NCBI GenBank assembly: GCA_963698975.1
Contig: CAVOSV010000001.1
Span: 98,514-162,513, forward strand
Reading direction: 5' to 3'
From: an uncultured Gemmatimonadales bacterium
Lineage (GTDB): Bacteria > Gemmatimonadota > Gemmatimonadetes > Gemmatimonadales > GWC2-71-9
Length of the DNA: 64,000 bases
Shown: positions 42,976 through 52,457 of the stretch, one piece after another
Numbering within the stretch: the stretch's first letter is position 1
Layout: each line of letters starts with the position of its first letter
Made by a program: the position numbers and the translations under genes
The notes under the pieces: generated by a model
The model's database searches: none
What the model was told of the DNA's origin: nothing
The model's input: the letters and a program-made list of their open reading frames with translations, nothing else

Positions 42976-43762
42976 CAGTGACGCTGTCGCCCACCCGGAG
43001 TCGTCCCGGTGCCTGGTGCACCGCGTTTTGGCCGAAGTACACCTTGCCGTCGACCTTGCGGTAGGTGGCCAGGGTGCGGAGCGGTTCCACTCCGCGCTCG
43101 GTGGTGGTCTGATCGGTGGTGGTGATGACGCAGCGGTCGCACGGTTTCACCAGGTTCAGGACCACGCTCCCGATTTCCATCCGGCTCCACCGATCCTCGC
43201 TATACGCCCCGCCACCCGATACAGTCAGATTGGGGCGAAACCGATTCATCGGAAGCGGCTGGGCGAGCCGGCGGTTAAGGTCGGCCAGCGACTCTTCCGA
43301 GATGAGCATGAGAGGATAGGCGTCGGCAAAGCTCACCCGGGAACCGCTCGGATCGTAGGCCGGGTTGGTCGGCCGAAAGGATTCAGCCGGCATGTGGAAC
43401 AGACTGCACGGGATGCCGAGGAAGTCGGAGAACCAGCGGGCCGCGGCCTCTCCGGTCCAGGTGGCCTCGCAGCGGTCGTCCCACACCGTCACCTGGGTCA
43501 CCACGGTGGCCTTCGGCTCCAGCGGCAGCTCCAGCGGCGGCATGCCGGGAGCGTTCACCCGGAGCACCTTCCCGGTTATGGCGGGGCTCACCAGCGCGAG
43601 CCGGGGATGGTCCCGCTGGGTCATAAACCCACCGGCCTGATCCACCAGCATGAAGCGCCGGTCGTAGCGGAGCCCGAACTCATCCACGTCCCACTGGTCC
43701 ACCGGGATCCCTCGGCAGGACTTTATGGGGTAGATGAACAGACTGGTTAGCGTTATGGGCAT
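42947..43762 (-). CDS. MOSC domain-containing protein (N-terminal beta-barrel plus MOSC)
   Basis: LFIYPIKSCRG...RFRPNL...KPCDRCVITTTDQ (conserved Cys). It overlaps the ClC 3' end by 29 nt (convergent). Confidence 0.85.
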   Translation of the reverse strand: MPITLTSLFIYPIKSCRGIPVDQWDVDEFGLRYDRRFMLVDQAGGFMTQRDHPRLALVSPAITGKVLRVNAPGMPPLELPLEPKATVVTQVTVWDDRCEATWTGEAAARWFSDFLGIPCSLFHMPAESFRPTNPAYDPSGSRVSFADAYPLMLISEESLADLNRRLAQPLPMNRFRPNLTVSGGGAYSEDRWSRMEIGSVVLNLVKPCDRCVITTTDQTTTERGVEPLRTLATYRKVDGKVYFGQNAVHQAPGRLRVGDSVTVSDGDRPAR

Positions 43763-43834
43763 GTCAGGTAGCCACTGATGAACACGGATAGGAGCACGGA
43801 TCGGGCATCACGAATCTACACGAAAGGTATTAGC

Positions 43835-43854
43835 CGCAGATAAACGCAGATAAA
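43835..43854. repeat. tandem 10-bp direct repeat CGCAGATAAA x2
   Basis: Exact copies at 43835-43844 and 43845-43854, in the AT-richer divergent region between the MOSC and M20 genes. Confidence 0.6.
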
Positions 43855-43905
43855 TTCCTCAACCTGAAGAGTTCATCGGAAGTGAAACCTCACACGAGAT
43901 CCCCC

Positions 43906-45300
43906 ATGCGTCTGATCCCCTTGTCAGTCTTCGCTCTTCTCGCCACCGCGCCGGTTCTCGCCGCTCAGCAGGAGCCGCGGGCGCTCGAGCGTGAAATCCT
44001 GAAGCAGCTGGTCGAGATCAACACCAGCGACTCCGCCCGGCACACCGACCTCGCAGCCAAGGCCATGGCGGAGCGGCTGACCAGCGCGGGGCTTCCGGCG
44101 GACGACGTGCGGCTGATCGAGACCGAGCCCGGGATCACCAATCTGGTCGCGCGGTATCGGGGCAAGGGCGGCAGCGCCAAACCCATTCTCCTCATGGCCC
44201 ACCTGGATGTGGTCGGGGCCCGGAGGGAGGACTGGTCGTTCGATCCATTCACCTTCCGGGAGCAGGACGGGTACTACTACGGCCGAGGATCGAGCGACAA
44301 CAAGGCGGGCGCGGCGATGCTGGTAGCGAATTTCGTTCGCTACAAGCGCGAGGGCTTCGTCCCCTCACGCGATCTCATCATCGTGCTCACCGGCGACGAA
44401 GAGACCTCCGGCGATGGCATCCAGGCCCTGCTGAAGCAGCACCGGGACCTGCTGGACTCCGATTTTGCGCTCAACACCGATGCCGGCGGGGGTGAGCTCC
44501 GGGAGGGCAAGGCCACATCCTTCTCGGTGCAGACAGCGGAGAAGGTCTATCTCACCTTCCTGCTGGAGACCCGGAACAAGGGCGGGCACAGCTCGGTGCC
44601 GGAACCGAGCAACGCGATCTATCAGCTCACCCGGGCGCTGAACCGCCTGGCGAATTTCTCCTTCCCTGTACGGCTGAACGAGACCACCCGGGAGTACTTC
44701 AACAAGACCGCCGCAACCGAGCCCAAGGCGCTGGCCTCCGACATGCGCGCCGTGGCAAAGAACGGCAATGCGGACGCCGCCCGGCGGCTTTCCGCGGCCA
44801 CGCCCTACTACAACTCCCTGCTCCACACTACCTGCGTTGCCACCCGGCTCTTTGCCGGCCATGCCGACAATGCCCTGCCCCAGCTGGCCCGCGCCACGGT
44901 GAACTGCCGGATTCTTCCCGACCAGCCGCCCGATTCGGTCGAGGCGACGCTCAAGCGGGTGCTGGCCGACACCGGAGTCCACATCTCCCGCGAGCGCCCG
45001 CCCACGTTGAGCCCGGCCTCGCCGCTCCGGCCCGATGTGATCGAGCCGGCCACCGCGCTGGCCCACAAGATGTGGCCCGGCGTGGTGATCGTGCCCGAGA
45101 TGTCGACCGGCGCGAGCGACGGCCTATACGTGAGGAACGCCGGGATTCCGGTGTATGGGGTATCGGCCGTGTTCGAGCGGATCGACGATATCCGGGCCCA
45201 CGGCCGGGACGAGCGGATCGGGGTCAAGGCCTATCACGAGGCGGCGCAGTACTGGTATCAGCTGGTGAAGGCGCTCGCTGCGGCGGAACCTCAGACGTAG
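43906..45300 (+). CDS. M20/M25/M40 family metallopeptidase (secreted)
   Basis: Signal MRLIPLSVFALLATAPVLAAQ (an alternative GTG start is at 43882). LLMAHLDVVGA, GRGSSDNKAG, VLTGDEETSG and RAHGRDERI metal-ligand motifs. Confidence 0.85.
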   Translation: MRLIPLSVFALLATAPVLAAQQEPRALEREILKQLVEINTSDSARHTDLAAKAMAERLTSAGLPADDVRLIETEPGITNLVARYRGKGGSAKPILLMAHLDVVGARREDWSFDPFTFREQDGYYYGRGSSDNKAGAAMLVANFVRYKREGFVPSRDLIIVLTGDEETSGDGIQALLKQHRDLLDSDFALNTDAGGGELREGKATSFSVQTAEKVYLTFLLETRNKGGHSSVPEPSNAIYQLTRALNRLANFSFPVRLNETTREYFNKTAATEPKALASDMRAVAKNGNADAARRLSAATPYYNSLLHTTCVATRLFAGHADNALPQLARATVNCRILPDQPPDSVEATLKRVLADTGVHISRERPPTLSPASPLRPDVIEPATALAHKMWPGVVIVPEMSTGASDGLYVRNAGIPVYGVSAVFERIDDIRAHGRDERIGVKAYHEAAQYWYQLVKALAAAEPQT

Positions 45301-45316
45301 CGAGCGCCGGGCCGGG

Positions 45317-46522
45317 TCAACCGCCGACGCGCACCGGATGGAAGCGGTTGGTCTGGGTTCCATCGCCGAGCTGACCGGACGAGTTCCTCCCCCAGCAGTA
45401 GGTAGCGCCGTCGTTCAGAGCACAGGTGTGGTTACCCACGGTCCCGGCGATGATGGTGCTGAAGAAGCCCGCCACTTTGTTCGGCGTCGTGCGCCAGGAG
45501 GAGACGCCCAGCTGGCCATACTCATTCGATCCCCAGCAGTACACCACATGACCGCTGGCAAGGCCGCAGGTGTGATTGACCCCTGCCGTGATGCCGGCCA
45601 GAGAAAGTCCCCCGGCCACGGCTCGCGGCCGCAAGCGCGGAGTTTGAGTACCGTCGCCCAGCTGGGATTCCGCGTTGCGCCCCCAGCAGTAGCCGACGTG
45701 ACCGGTGGTCACCCCGCAGCTGTGACGGCCTCCCGCCACCACATTGCTGAAGCTGAAGCCACCCAGCACTGCAACCGGCTTGAGGCGGTTCGTCGTCGTG
45801 CCATCACCCAGCTGGCCATCGGAATTGGATCCCCAGCAGTAGCCCCGATCCTGGGTGGTAACCGCGCAGGTGTGGTCGCCGCCGGGAATGATCCGCAGAA
45901 AACGGAGGGTACCGGCGACGCGCCCCGGCACCGCCCGGTCAGTGGTAGTGCCGTTCCCCAGCTGGCCCGATGCGTTCTCTCCCCAGCAGAACCCGACGCT
46001 GTTGAAGTCGACAGCGCAGGTATGGCGATAGCCGGCGCGAATCTGGCGGAAGTGCCGTCCACCGGCCACTGCCTTCGGGGTGTACCGATTCGTGGTGGTG
46101 CCGTCGCCCAACTCACCCGATGAATTCACGCCCCAGCAGTAGGCCAGGTTCTGTCCGGTCAAGGCACAGGTGTTGGACGAGCCGGCGCTGATAAGAATGA
46201 ATCTGAGGTTGGTCGAAACCGGGACGGGTGCCTTCTGGATGAGCCCGCTCTTGTCTCCATTCCCCAGGGCGCCGAGCGCGCTCTCACCCCAACAATAGGC
46301 GCGATGGTCCGCAGTCAGGCCGCAGGTGTGATACGTCCCGGCACTGATCTGGACGAACGTAGGCGCCGGAGTGGCCAGGGTGCTGAGCGCCGGCGCAGTC
46401 TCGGGATCTGAAGGGGCGGTCGGATCGGCACAGCCAGACACGCTCAGGAGTGCCGATAGTGCCAGACCGATTGCGGAGACTTGGTACCGACCTCCGGTGT
46501 AACTGCGATATCTGAGGCTCAT
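45317..46522 (-). CDS. RCC1-repeat (seven-bladed propeller) lipoprotein
   Basis: Lipobox LLSVSGC followed by seven repeats of the type HTCA(L/V)....YCWG.N..GQLGDGT. Confidence 0.8.
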   Translation of the reverse strand: MSLRYRSYTGGRYQVSAIGLALSALLSVSGCADPTAPSDPETAPALSTLATPAPTFVQISAGTYHTCGLTADHRAYCWGESALGALGNGDKSGLIQKAPVPVSTNLRFILISAGSSNTCALTGQNLAYCWGVNSSGELGDGTTTNRYTPKAVAGGRHFRQIRAGYRHTCAVDFNSVGFCWGENASGQLGNGTTTDRAVPGRVAGTLRFLRIIPGGDHTCAVTTQDRGYCWGSNSDGQLGDGTTTNRLKPVAVLGGFSFSNVVAGGRHSCGVTTGHVGYCWGRNAESQLGDGTQTPRLRPRAVAGGLSLAGITAGVNHTCGLASGHVVYCWGSNEYGQLGVSSWRTTPNKVAGFFSTIIAGTVGNHTCALNDGATYCWGRNSSGQLGDGTQTNRFHPVRVGG

Positions 46523-47077
46523 TGGATTCCTTCGGTGGTCAGCGCCAAACTACCCGTTTCGTACAACCTGGAGCGGGCCCATCAAGCCCGAGTCAAGTCC
46601 TGTGCCAGCGGCTGCCTGTCTCACTGCGACCGCCGTCGGCGCAGTCGTGCACCGGCCGAAAGAGTTACGCCTAGCGGTTAGCCTCGAGTAAGAGGCGACC
46701 GGCATGCTCATGCCGCCGGACCGGCTTGACGCCGCCGGCTCCGGCAGTCGTGAACTGCAGGTCGCGTGCCAAGGTGACACTGCGAGCCGACGCCAGCCGG
46801 ATCATCCATCGCCCGGCGATACGGCAAGCGAGCGTCCGGCTGGTCGGGTGCACCGTCGTCGACCCCGCCGCCACGGTAGCCGGACTGGGATCCGGGCCAG
46901 GGACACGACTCCGGCGGCCGATCTGACTCCGCCGGCGAGCGAGCTTCATCTGGTCGGGCTCGAGCTCGTCAAAGCGCCACGTAGCCGGATCGGGTCCGGG
47001 CGAGCCGTTATGAAGCGTTTCCTCGCTTCCATCTGCCGGCGCGGGCGTAGCGTGATCCACGCCGATCTGATTCCGGT

Positions 47078-47533
47078 TCAGGTTCTCATCGCCGGTGGGC
47101 TAACGATGGTCCACGCCGACGGTCCGGCCAGCACGCCACCCATCCAGCCACCCATCGTAAGCAGAGCCAGCGCGATACCCTGGAGCACCAGCTCCGCGTT
47201 ACCGGGCATCGCTCCAGGCTGTCCTCTGATGATGCAGGCGACGATAAACAGGGCCACGGCGCCGAGGTTGACCAGCATGTGTTTGGTCGCGCGCTGCTTG
47301 CCGGAGCTCCTGGGTGGCACAGTGCCGAAGTAGTCGATAAAACCCGGGATAGCAGCCACCAGCGCGGCTGCTATCCCGATGAGGCCGAGGTGCCCTCCCG
47401 TTCGCCACCAGGCCGGATGGTCAGTCAGCTTTCCGACGAAGTCGAAGAGGAACGCTCCGTACAGGAACGCGAACGGAAAGGGGATCAGCGCCGGATGAAT
47501 CGGGTGTCCCCGAATACTGGCCCGGCTCCTCAT
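47078..47533 (-). CDS. DUF2231 domain-containing membrane protein
   Basis: IRGHPIHPALIPFPFAFL is the family N-terminus, with four TM segments. The last ~15 codons may be affected by another shift (the alternative frame reads GRTVGVDHR-stop). Confidence 0.7.
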   Translation of the reverse strand: MRSRASIRGHPIHPALIPFPFAFLYGAFLFDFVGKLTDHPAWWRTGGHLGLIGIAAALVAAIPGFIDYFGTVPPRSSGKQRATKHMLVNLGAVALFIVACIIRGQPGAMPGNAELVLQGIALALLTMGGWMGGVLAGPSAWTIVSPPAMRT

Positions 47534-47559
47534 GCCACCTCCTTATGCACCGCCAAACC

Positions 47560-48203
47560 TCAGGCCGTCGGCTTGCCCAGCTTCTTCTGAATCTGCTCCG
47601 CATGGTCGAGGTGCTTCTGGATGACCGGTCCGGCCTGCTCGATCAGCTTCTTCAGCTCCTCGTTCTGGGCCGCGTCGTGCGCCTTGCCGGCCAGGTCGAG
47701 CACCGCCTTGTGAATGCCGATCTCCTGGTCGATGTAGGTCCGGTCGAAGGCCGCGCCCTTGGCCGCACCCTTGAGCGCCGTCATTTCCGACTGCACCGCG
47801 GGCTTGAGCGGATCATCGGCCGGCAGCTGCGGGGTCACGCCCAGCCGCTTGGCCAGCTGCTGCCCCTGGGCACGGAGCGCGTGATGCTCGCCCATCATCA
47901 GCTTGGCGAATGCCTTCACGTCGGGATTGGTTGCTTTGGTGACCGCGTAGTGCGCCGGCCGCGCTATCGGCCATGTTGGCCTCGTCCAGCAGGGCCACGA
48001 TGTTGGCATCGGACAGCGCGCCCGGCTGACGCCGACTGTGAGCCCATCGCCATCGAGGTATCGGCCGCTCCGCTGGTCATCGCGCTGGAGCTGGTATCGG
48101 AGCTCATCGCGGTGTTGTCCGAGGTCCGCTCCTTCTTACACCCGGCAATCAGGACGAGCATTCCGGCCGCCACGGCGGCTCGGCGAGTAATGTGATCAAG
48201 CAC
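47560..48203 (-). pseudogene. DUF4142 domain-containing lipoprotein, two frameshifts
   Basis: The lipobox LIAGC N-terminus is in ORF 47964..48203. IVALLDEANMADS is in ORF 47813..47998. TKATNPDVKAFAKLMMGEHHAL...DRTYIDQEIGIHKAVLDL is in ORF 47560..48009. Shifts are near 48000 and 47955. Confidence 0.7.
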
Positions 48204-48289
48204 TTGCGCCTCCTAAAGTTGAGACCTGTTACCTCGGGAAACCCTTTATCTCTGCTTCCGGCTCAGCACCCCGGGTAGTAATACGAAGT

Positions 48290-48994
48290 TTGCCTCAGAA
48301 AAGCAAGATAGTTTATACTTATCTCGACTTTCACGCGGGGAGACCATTGCGAGACCTCAAGCGTGCCTCACAGGGAACCAGCGGCCGAATCCTCGAGCTG
48401 CTTCGTCGCGGGCCGATGACGGTGGACGATCTGGCCCGGGCGCTGGACCTCACCCGCACCGCCGTGCGGGCGCAGCTGGCGACGCTGCTCCGGGACGGAC
48501 TGGCCGAGGTGCGGGGCAGCCGGCGGGGAGCGAGCAAGCCGTCCCATGTGTATGGGGCGACGGCGCAGGCCGAGCTGCTCTTCTCCCGGGCCTACGTCCC
48601 GATCCTGACCCAGCTCATGCATGTGCTGGCTCACCGGCTGCCCGAGACGCAGTTCGACGCGGTGATGCATGAGGTAGGACGCCGGCTGATGGACGGACGC
48701 GCGGCGCCCCGCGGCACTCTGCGGGAGCGGGTGGCCGGAGCGAGCGCTCTGCTGAACGAGCTCGGCGGCCTGACCGAGATCACCGAGGAGCAAGGCGGCT
48801 TTCTGATTCGAAGCCACGGCTGCCCCCTGGCGGCGGCCACGGCAAACCATCCCGAGGTCTGCAACGCGCTGGAGAGTTTGTTGAGCGAGTTCGTGGGCGC
48901 CAGCGTCACCAAATGCTGCGACCGCTACGACCGGCTGCGCTGCTGTTTCGAGATCGGGATACCCGATCAGCCGAACAGTCAGGTCGTCCATTGA
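48290..48994 (+). CDS. winged-helix (ArsR-like) transcriptional regulator with Cys-rich C-terminal domain
   Basis: SGRILELLRRGPMTVDDLARALDLTRTAVRAQLATLLRDGL is the HTH. The C-terminal part has HGCPL...VCNALE...KCCDRYDRLRCC. The start codon is uncertain (TTG at 48290). Confidence 0.65.
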   Translation: MPQKSKIVYTYLDFHAGRPLRDLKRASQGTSGRILELLRRGPMTVDDLARALDLTRTAVRAQLATLLRDGLAEVRGSRRGASKPSHVYGATAQAELLFSRAYVPILTQLMHVLAHRLPETQFDAVMHEVGRRLMDGRAAPRGTLRERVAGASALLNELGGLTEITEEQGGFLIRSHGCPLAAATANHPEVCNALESLLSEFVGASVTKCCDRYDRLRCCFEIGIPDQPNSQVVH

Positions 48995-49018
48995 CCGGAC
49001 GTTCGTGAGGAGAGTGAC

Positions 49019-49829
49019 GTGACTTTCATGGCTTACCGGAACTGGCGCAATGCTGAGGCCGACGCCGATCCGCTGCTCGAGCGAAGGCTCAGGCTGTTCA
49101 CCCAGATCATGCGTTCTCCTCGACAAGAGTTCGCGCTGCAGTTCGAGGAACATGACGAGTGTGCGGCGTTCGGAGGCTCGGTGCGGGGCCGGCTGTGCCA
49201 GCATCTGGCACAGCTGCCGCCGCGCCGGCTGGAACCGGGCCAGCACCTCTACCGGACGGGAAGTCCCGCCCGAAGTCTGTTTCTGGTGCTGAGCGGGCTG
49301 ATCAAGACGGGCGCGATCTCTCCCGAGGGCGAGGAGCTGACGCTCCGGCTCTGCAAGCCGGGCGATCTGGTGGGAGAGCTCTGTGTCTGCGGCGGCAACC
49401 GGCGGGAGGACGCCGTCGCTCTGGAGCCGAGCGCGGTGGTGGAGATGTCGGTGGCGGCATTGCTGGGACGACTGCGGGACGATCCTGAAACCGCGGTGGA
49501 GTTTGCCGGCGCGGTGTGCGACCGTCTGGCCGACGCGTACGAGCAGATCGAGAGTCTCTCCTGGGACACGGTGCTCTACCGGCTGGTGCGCACCCTGCTC
49601 CGGCTGGCCGAATGAATTGGGCCAGCCGGCGGAGAACGGCACCAGCCTGGCGCATCACATCAAGCAGGAGGAGCTGGCCCGGCTGGTGGGAGCCCGGCGG
49701 GAGGTGGTGTCCGGGCTGCTCAATCGATTGCGAGCCAGCGGGCACATCAGCTACTCGGCCCGAGGGGCGATCACGGTCCATCCCGGAGGACTCCATCGGT
49801 TTCTGGAGGCCAGGAGCCGGGCGGGATGA
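49019..49829 (+). pseudogene. Crp/Fnr family transcriptional regulator, one frameshift
   Basis: The cNMP-binding domain (LFLVLSGLIKTGAISPEGEELTLRLCKPGDLVGE) is in ORF 49019..49615. The HTH (IKQEELARLVGARREVVSGLLNRLRASGHI) is in ORF 49383..49829. The shift is near 49610. Confidence 0.8.
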
Positions 49830-49883
49830 GCGAGATGTTAGCGAGCTAACTGACGCGAGGTGGCGCGCCACCTAGGTTCGCGC

Positions 49884-51068
49884 ATGGCTCGTTCCCCTGG
49901 CGCTCAGCGGTTCACCACGACGACTCTCCTTGGAGCCGCTCTGCTGGCTTCGGCCCCCGCCTGCAGCGACAACGGTCCCGACGAGGCTAACCCACAGCAA
50001 CTGGCCCAGGGCCAGCAGACCTTCCGCTTCGACACCTACGGCGACGAGACGTTCTGGACCGACACCCTCCGGATGCATGAGGTGATCAGCTCGGGGGTGA
50101 GCCCGGCGACCGCGCTGAGTGTGGGACTCAAGGTGGACGCCGACGCGGTGCCGCCGGGCACGCTCGAGAGCGCAGACCTCAACTCGCCCGCGACCACCGT
50201 CGCCCTGCTCAAGCTGAACGCGGTGGTGGGTCTCAAGGGCACGGTGGAGACTATCAACGGGAAGGACACGCTCACCAAGGTCGGGATCACCTGCGCGCTC
50301 TGTCACTCCACGGTAAACAATTCGGTGCAGGCCGGTATCGGGCAGCGGCTGGACGGGTGGCCCAACCTCGATCTCAATGTGGGTGCGATGGTGGCGCTCT
50401 CGCCCGCGCTCACCAGCGAGCAGAAGGCGGTGTACAACTCGTGGGGACCGGGCAAGTACGACGCCCGGTACAACTTCGACGGGCAAAACGATCCCGCGCT
50501 GATTCCGCCGGCCTACGGGCTGGATGGGGTGAACAGCGTGACCTACACCGGCGATGGCGACCGCATCGAATACTGGAATCGCTATGTCGGCGTCACCCAG
50601 ATGCACGGACACGGCTCGTTCGCGGAGCCGCGGCTCAACATCAGCGTGTCCAACCCGCCGGATCAGATCGAGAGCAAGCTTCCGGATCTCGAGAGCTATC
50701 AGCTGAGTCTTGCCAAACCGGCTCCGCCTCCGGGCACTTTCGATGCCGCAGCGGCCGCGCGGGGTAAGGAGGTATTTAACGGGCAGGGACAGTGCGCCAC
50801 CTGTCACGCCGGCACCACCTTCACCGACGCGAACACCAGGCTTCACCCCACCAGCGAGGTGGTCACCGATCCGACTCACGCCGACCGGAGCGCCACCAAG
50901 ATGTACCGGACCACGCCGCTTCGGGCCTTGTGGCAGCACGCGCCGTATTTCCACGACGGCAGCGCGGCCACGCTCAATGATGTGGTGGACCGCTACGATT
51001 CCGCGAAGAACCTGCAGCTCACGCCCGCCCAGAAAGCCGACCTGGTCGAGTATCTGAAGTCCCTTTAA
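49884..51068 (+). CDS. di-haem c-type cytochrome lipoprotein (peroxidase-like, family uncertain)
   Basis: Lipobox LLASAPAC. Two CXXCH motifs (CALCH and CATCH). Confidence 0.6.
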   Translation: MARSPGAQRFTTTTLLGAALLASAPACSDNGPDEANPQQLAQGQQTFRFDTYGDETFWTDTLRMHEVISSGVSPATALSVGLKVDADAVPPGTLESADLNSPATTVALLKLNAVVGLKGTVETINGKDTLTKVGITCALCHSTVNNSVQAGIGQRLDGWPNLDLNVGAMVALSPALTSEQKAVYNSWGPGKYDARYNFDGQNDPALIPPAYGLDGVNSVTYTGDGDRIEYWNRYVGVTQMHGHGSFAEPRLNISVSNPPDQIESKLPDLESYQLSLAKPAPPPGTFDAAAAARGKEVFNGQGQCATCHAGTTFTDANTRLHPTSEVVTDPTHADRSATKMYRTTPLRALWQHAPYFHDGSAATLNDVVDRYDSAKNLQLTPAQKADLVEYLKSL

Positions 51069-51096
51069 CAAAGTCCATTGTTGATAGCTTTGGCGA

Positions 51097-52095
51097 GTGA
51101 CCACTCGCCTGATCCTGTCGTCGCTTTCCCTGATAGTTCTTCTCCTTGCCGTATCGGGCGATGGGGAGAGTCAAACCAGCCGCGCGCCGCTCAGGCTGGT
51201 GGCGGAGATCCCCGTCCCCGGGGGCGTCGGGCGATTCGACTACCAGAGCCTGGATCCCAGCGACGGAAGGCTGTACATCGCGCAGATGGGAGCCGGCCGG
51301 CTCCTGGTATTCGACACGAAAGCCGATCGGGTGATCTCCAGCCTACCGGGCTTTGCCCGGGTTACCGGCGTGCTGGCGGTGCCTCAGCTCGATCGGGTGT
51401 ACGCCTCAGCGGCAGGAAGGCACGAGCTGGTGGTGCTGGAATCACCGGCGCTTCGGGTGATGAACCGGATCCGCGACATCCGATTTCCCGATGGGATCGC
51501 CTACGCGGCCAAGGCGGGCAAGATCTTCGTGTCGGATGAGTCTGGGCAGCGGGACGTGGTGATTGACGCCCGGGCCGACAGCGGACTCGGCATGGTCGCC
51601 CTGGGCGGGGAGGCGGGAAACACCCAGTACGACTCGGTGGGTAATCGAATCTGGGTGGCGGTCCAGACCCGGAACCAGCTGGTGGCCATCGATCCCGCCA
51701 CGGACAGCATCGTGGGCCGCTACGATCTCCCCAGCGCCGATCATCCTCACGGCCTCTTCATCGATGCGCCGCACCGGCTGGCGTACGTGGCCTGCGAGGG
51801 GAACGGGAGACTGCTGGTGTTCGATCTGACTTCGCTACGAGTGATGGGAAGCTATTCGGTGGGAGACGATCCGGACGTGCTGGCCTACGATCCTGGATTA
51901 CAGCGGCTGTACGTGGCGGCAGAGTCGGGCGTGGTCACTGTATTCCAGCAACGCGGCGCGGCGCTGGAGCCTCTGGGCGAGTATCGGGCACCGGCGGCGC
52001 ACTCGGTATCGGTGGATCAGGCAACTCATCGGGTGTATCTGCCGCTGGAGAACGTCGGCGGACGGCCCGTGCTCCGGATTCTCTCGCCCCGCTGA
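51097..52095 (+). CDS. YncE/YVTN-type beta-propeller repeat protein (secreted)
   Basis: GTG start, signal peptide, and repeated ...RLYVA.../...RVYAS.../...RIWVAV.../...LAYVACEG... blades. Confidence 0.75.
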   Translation: MTTRLILSSLSLIVLLLAVSGDGESQTSRAPLRLVAEIPVPGGVGRFDYQSLDPSDGRLYIAQMGAGRLLVFDTKADRVISSLPGFARVTGVLAVPQLDRVYASAAGRHELVVLESPALRVMNRIRDIRFPDGIAYAAKAGKIFVSDESGQRDVVIDARADSGLGMVALGGEAGNTQYDSVGNRIWVAVQTRNQLVAIDPATDSIVGRYDLPSADHPHGLFIDAPHRLAYVACEGNGRLLVFDLTSLRVMGSYSVGDDPDVLAYDPGLQRLYVAAESGVVTVFQQRGAALEPLGEYRAPAAHSVSVDQATHRVYLPLENVGGRPVLRILSPR

Positions 52096-52105
52096 CCGAG
52101 AGCGC

Positions 52106-52303
52106 TCAGGCTGCCAGCTTTGCCTGACCGCTCTCGTCCGGAGGTGTAACTGCCTGGGCTCGCTTCCGCTCCAGGTCGGCGGCGATCAGGCGCTGAGCCA
52201 GGAGGATCGACGCCTCCACGGTAGCGGCGGCGGGAAGTCCCGAGTAGGCCTGGTCGAGCGGATTCTCCATGTTGTCCATCTTCCGAGTCTCCTGAGCGGA
52301 CAC
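52106..52303 (-). CDS. hypothetical small protein
   Basis: 65-aa ORF only. No family and no clear RBS. Confidence 0.25.
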   Translation of the reverse strand: MSAQETRKMDNMENPLDQAYSGLPAAATVEASILLAQRLIAADLERKRAQAVTPPDESGQAKLAA

Positions 52304-52457
52304 GTCCGCAACCAGCGTCGGACCTGCCCCGCTCCAGACGTTAACTGAAAACCACTCTCTAAACGAACTACCGAGTGAAGGCCCGAAAGATTCCGCCGAG
52401 CTCGAGTCTAGCCTCTCGGGTCAGGAGGGGGTAATGCATCGAGCGTGCCATGCTACG

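Noticed and set aside
46671-47060. 129-aa minus-strand ORF as a real gene
   Set aside because: It has no RBS and no family resemblance. Its composition (Arg/Pro/Ala/Ser) resembles the shadow ORFs. It is kept only as part of the unexplained gap finding.
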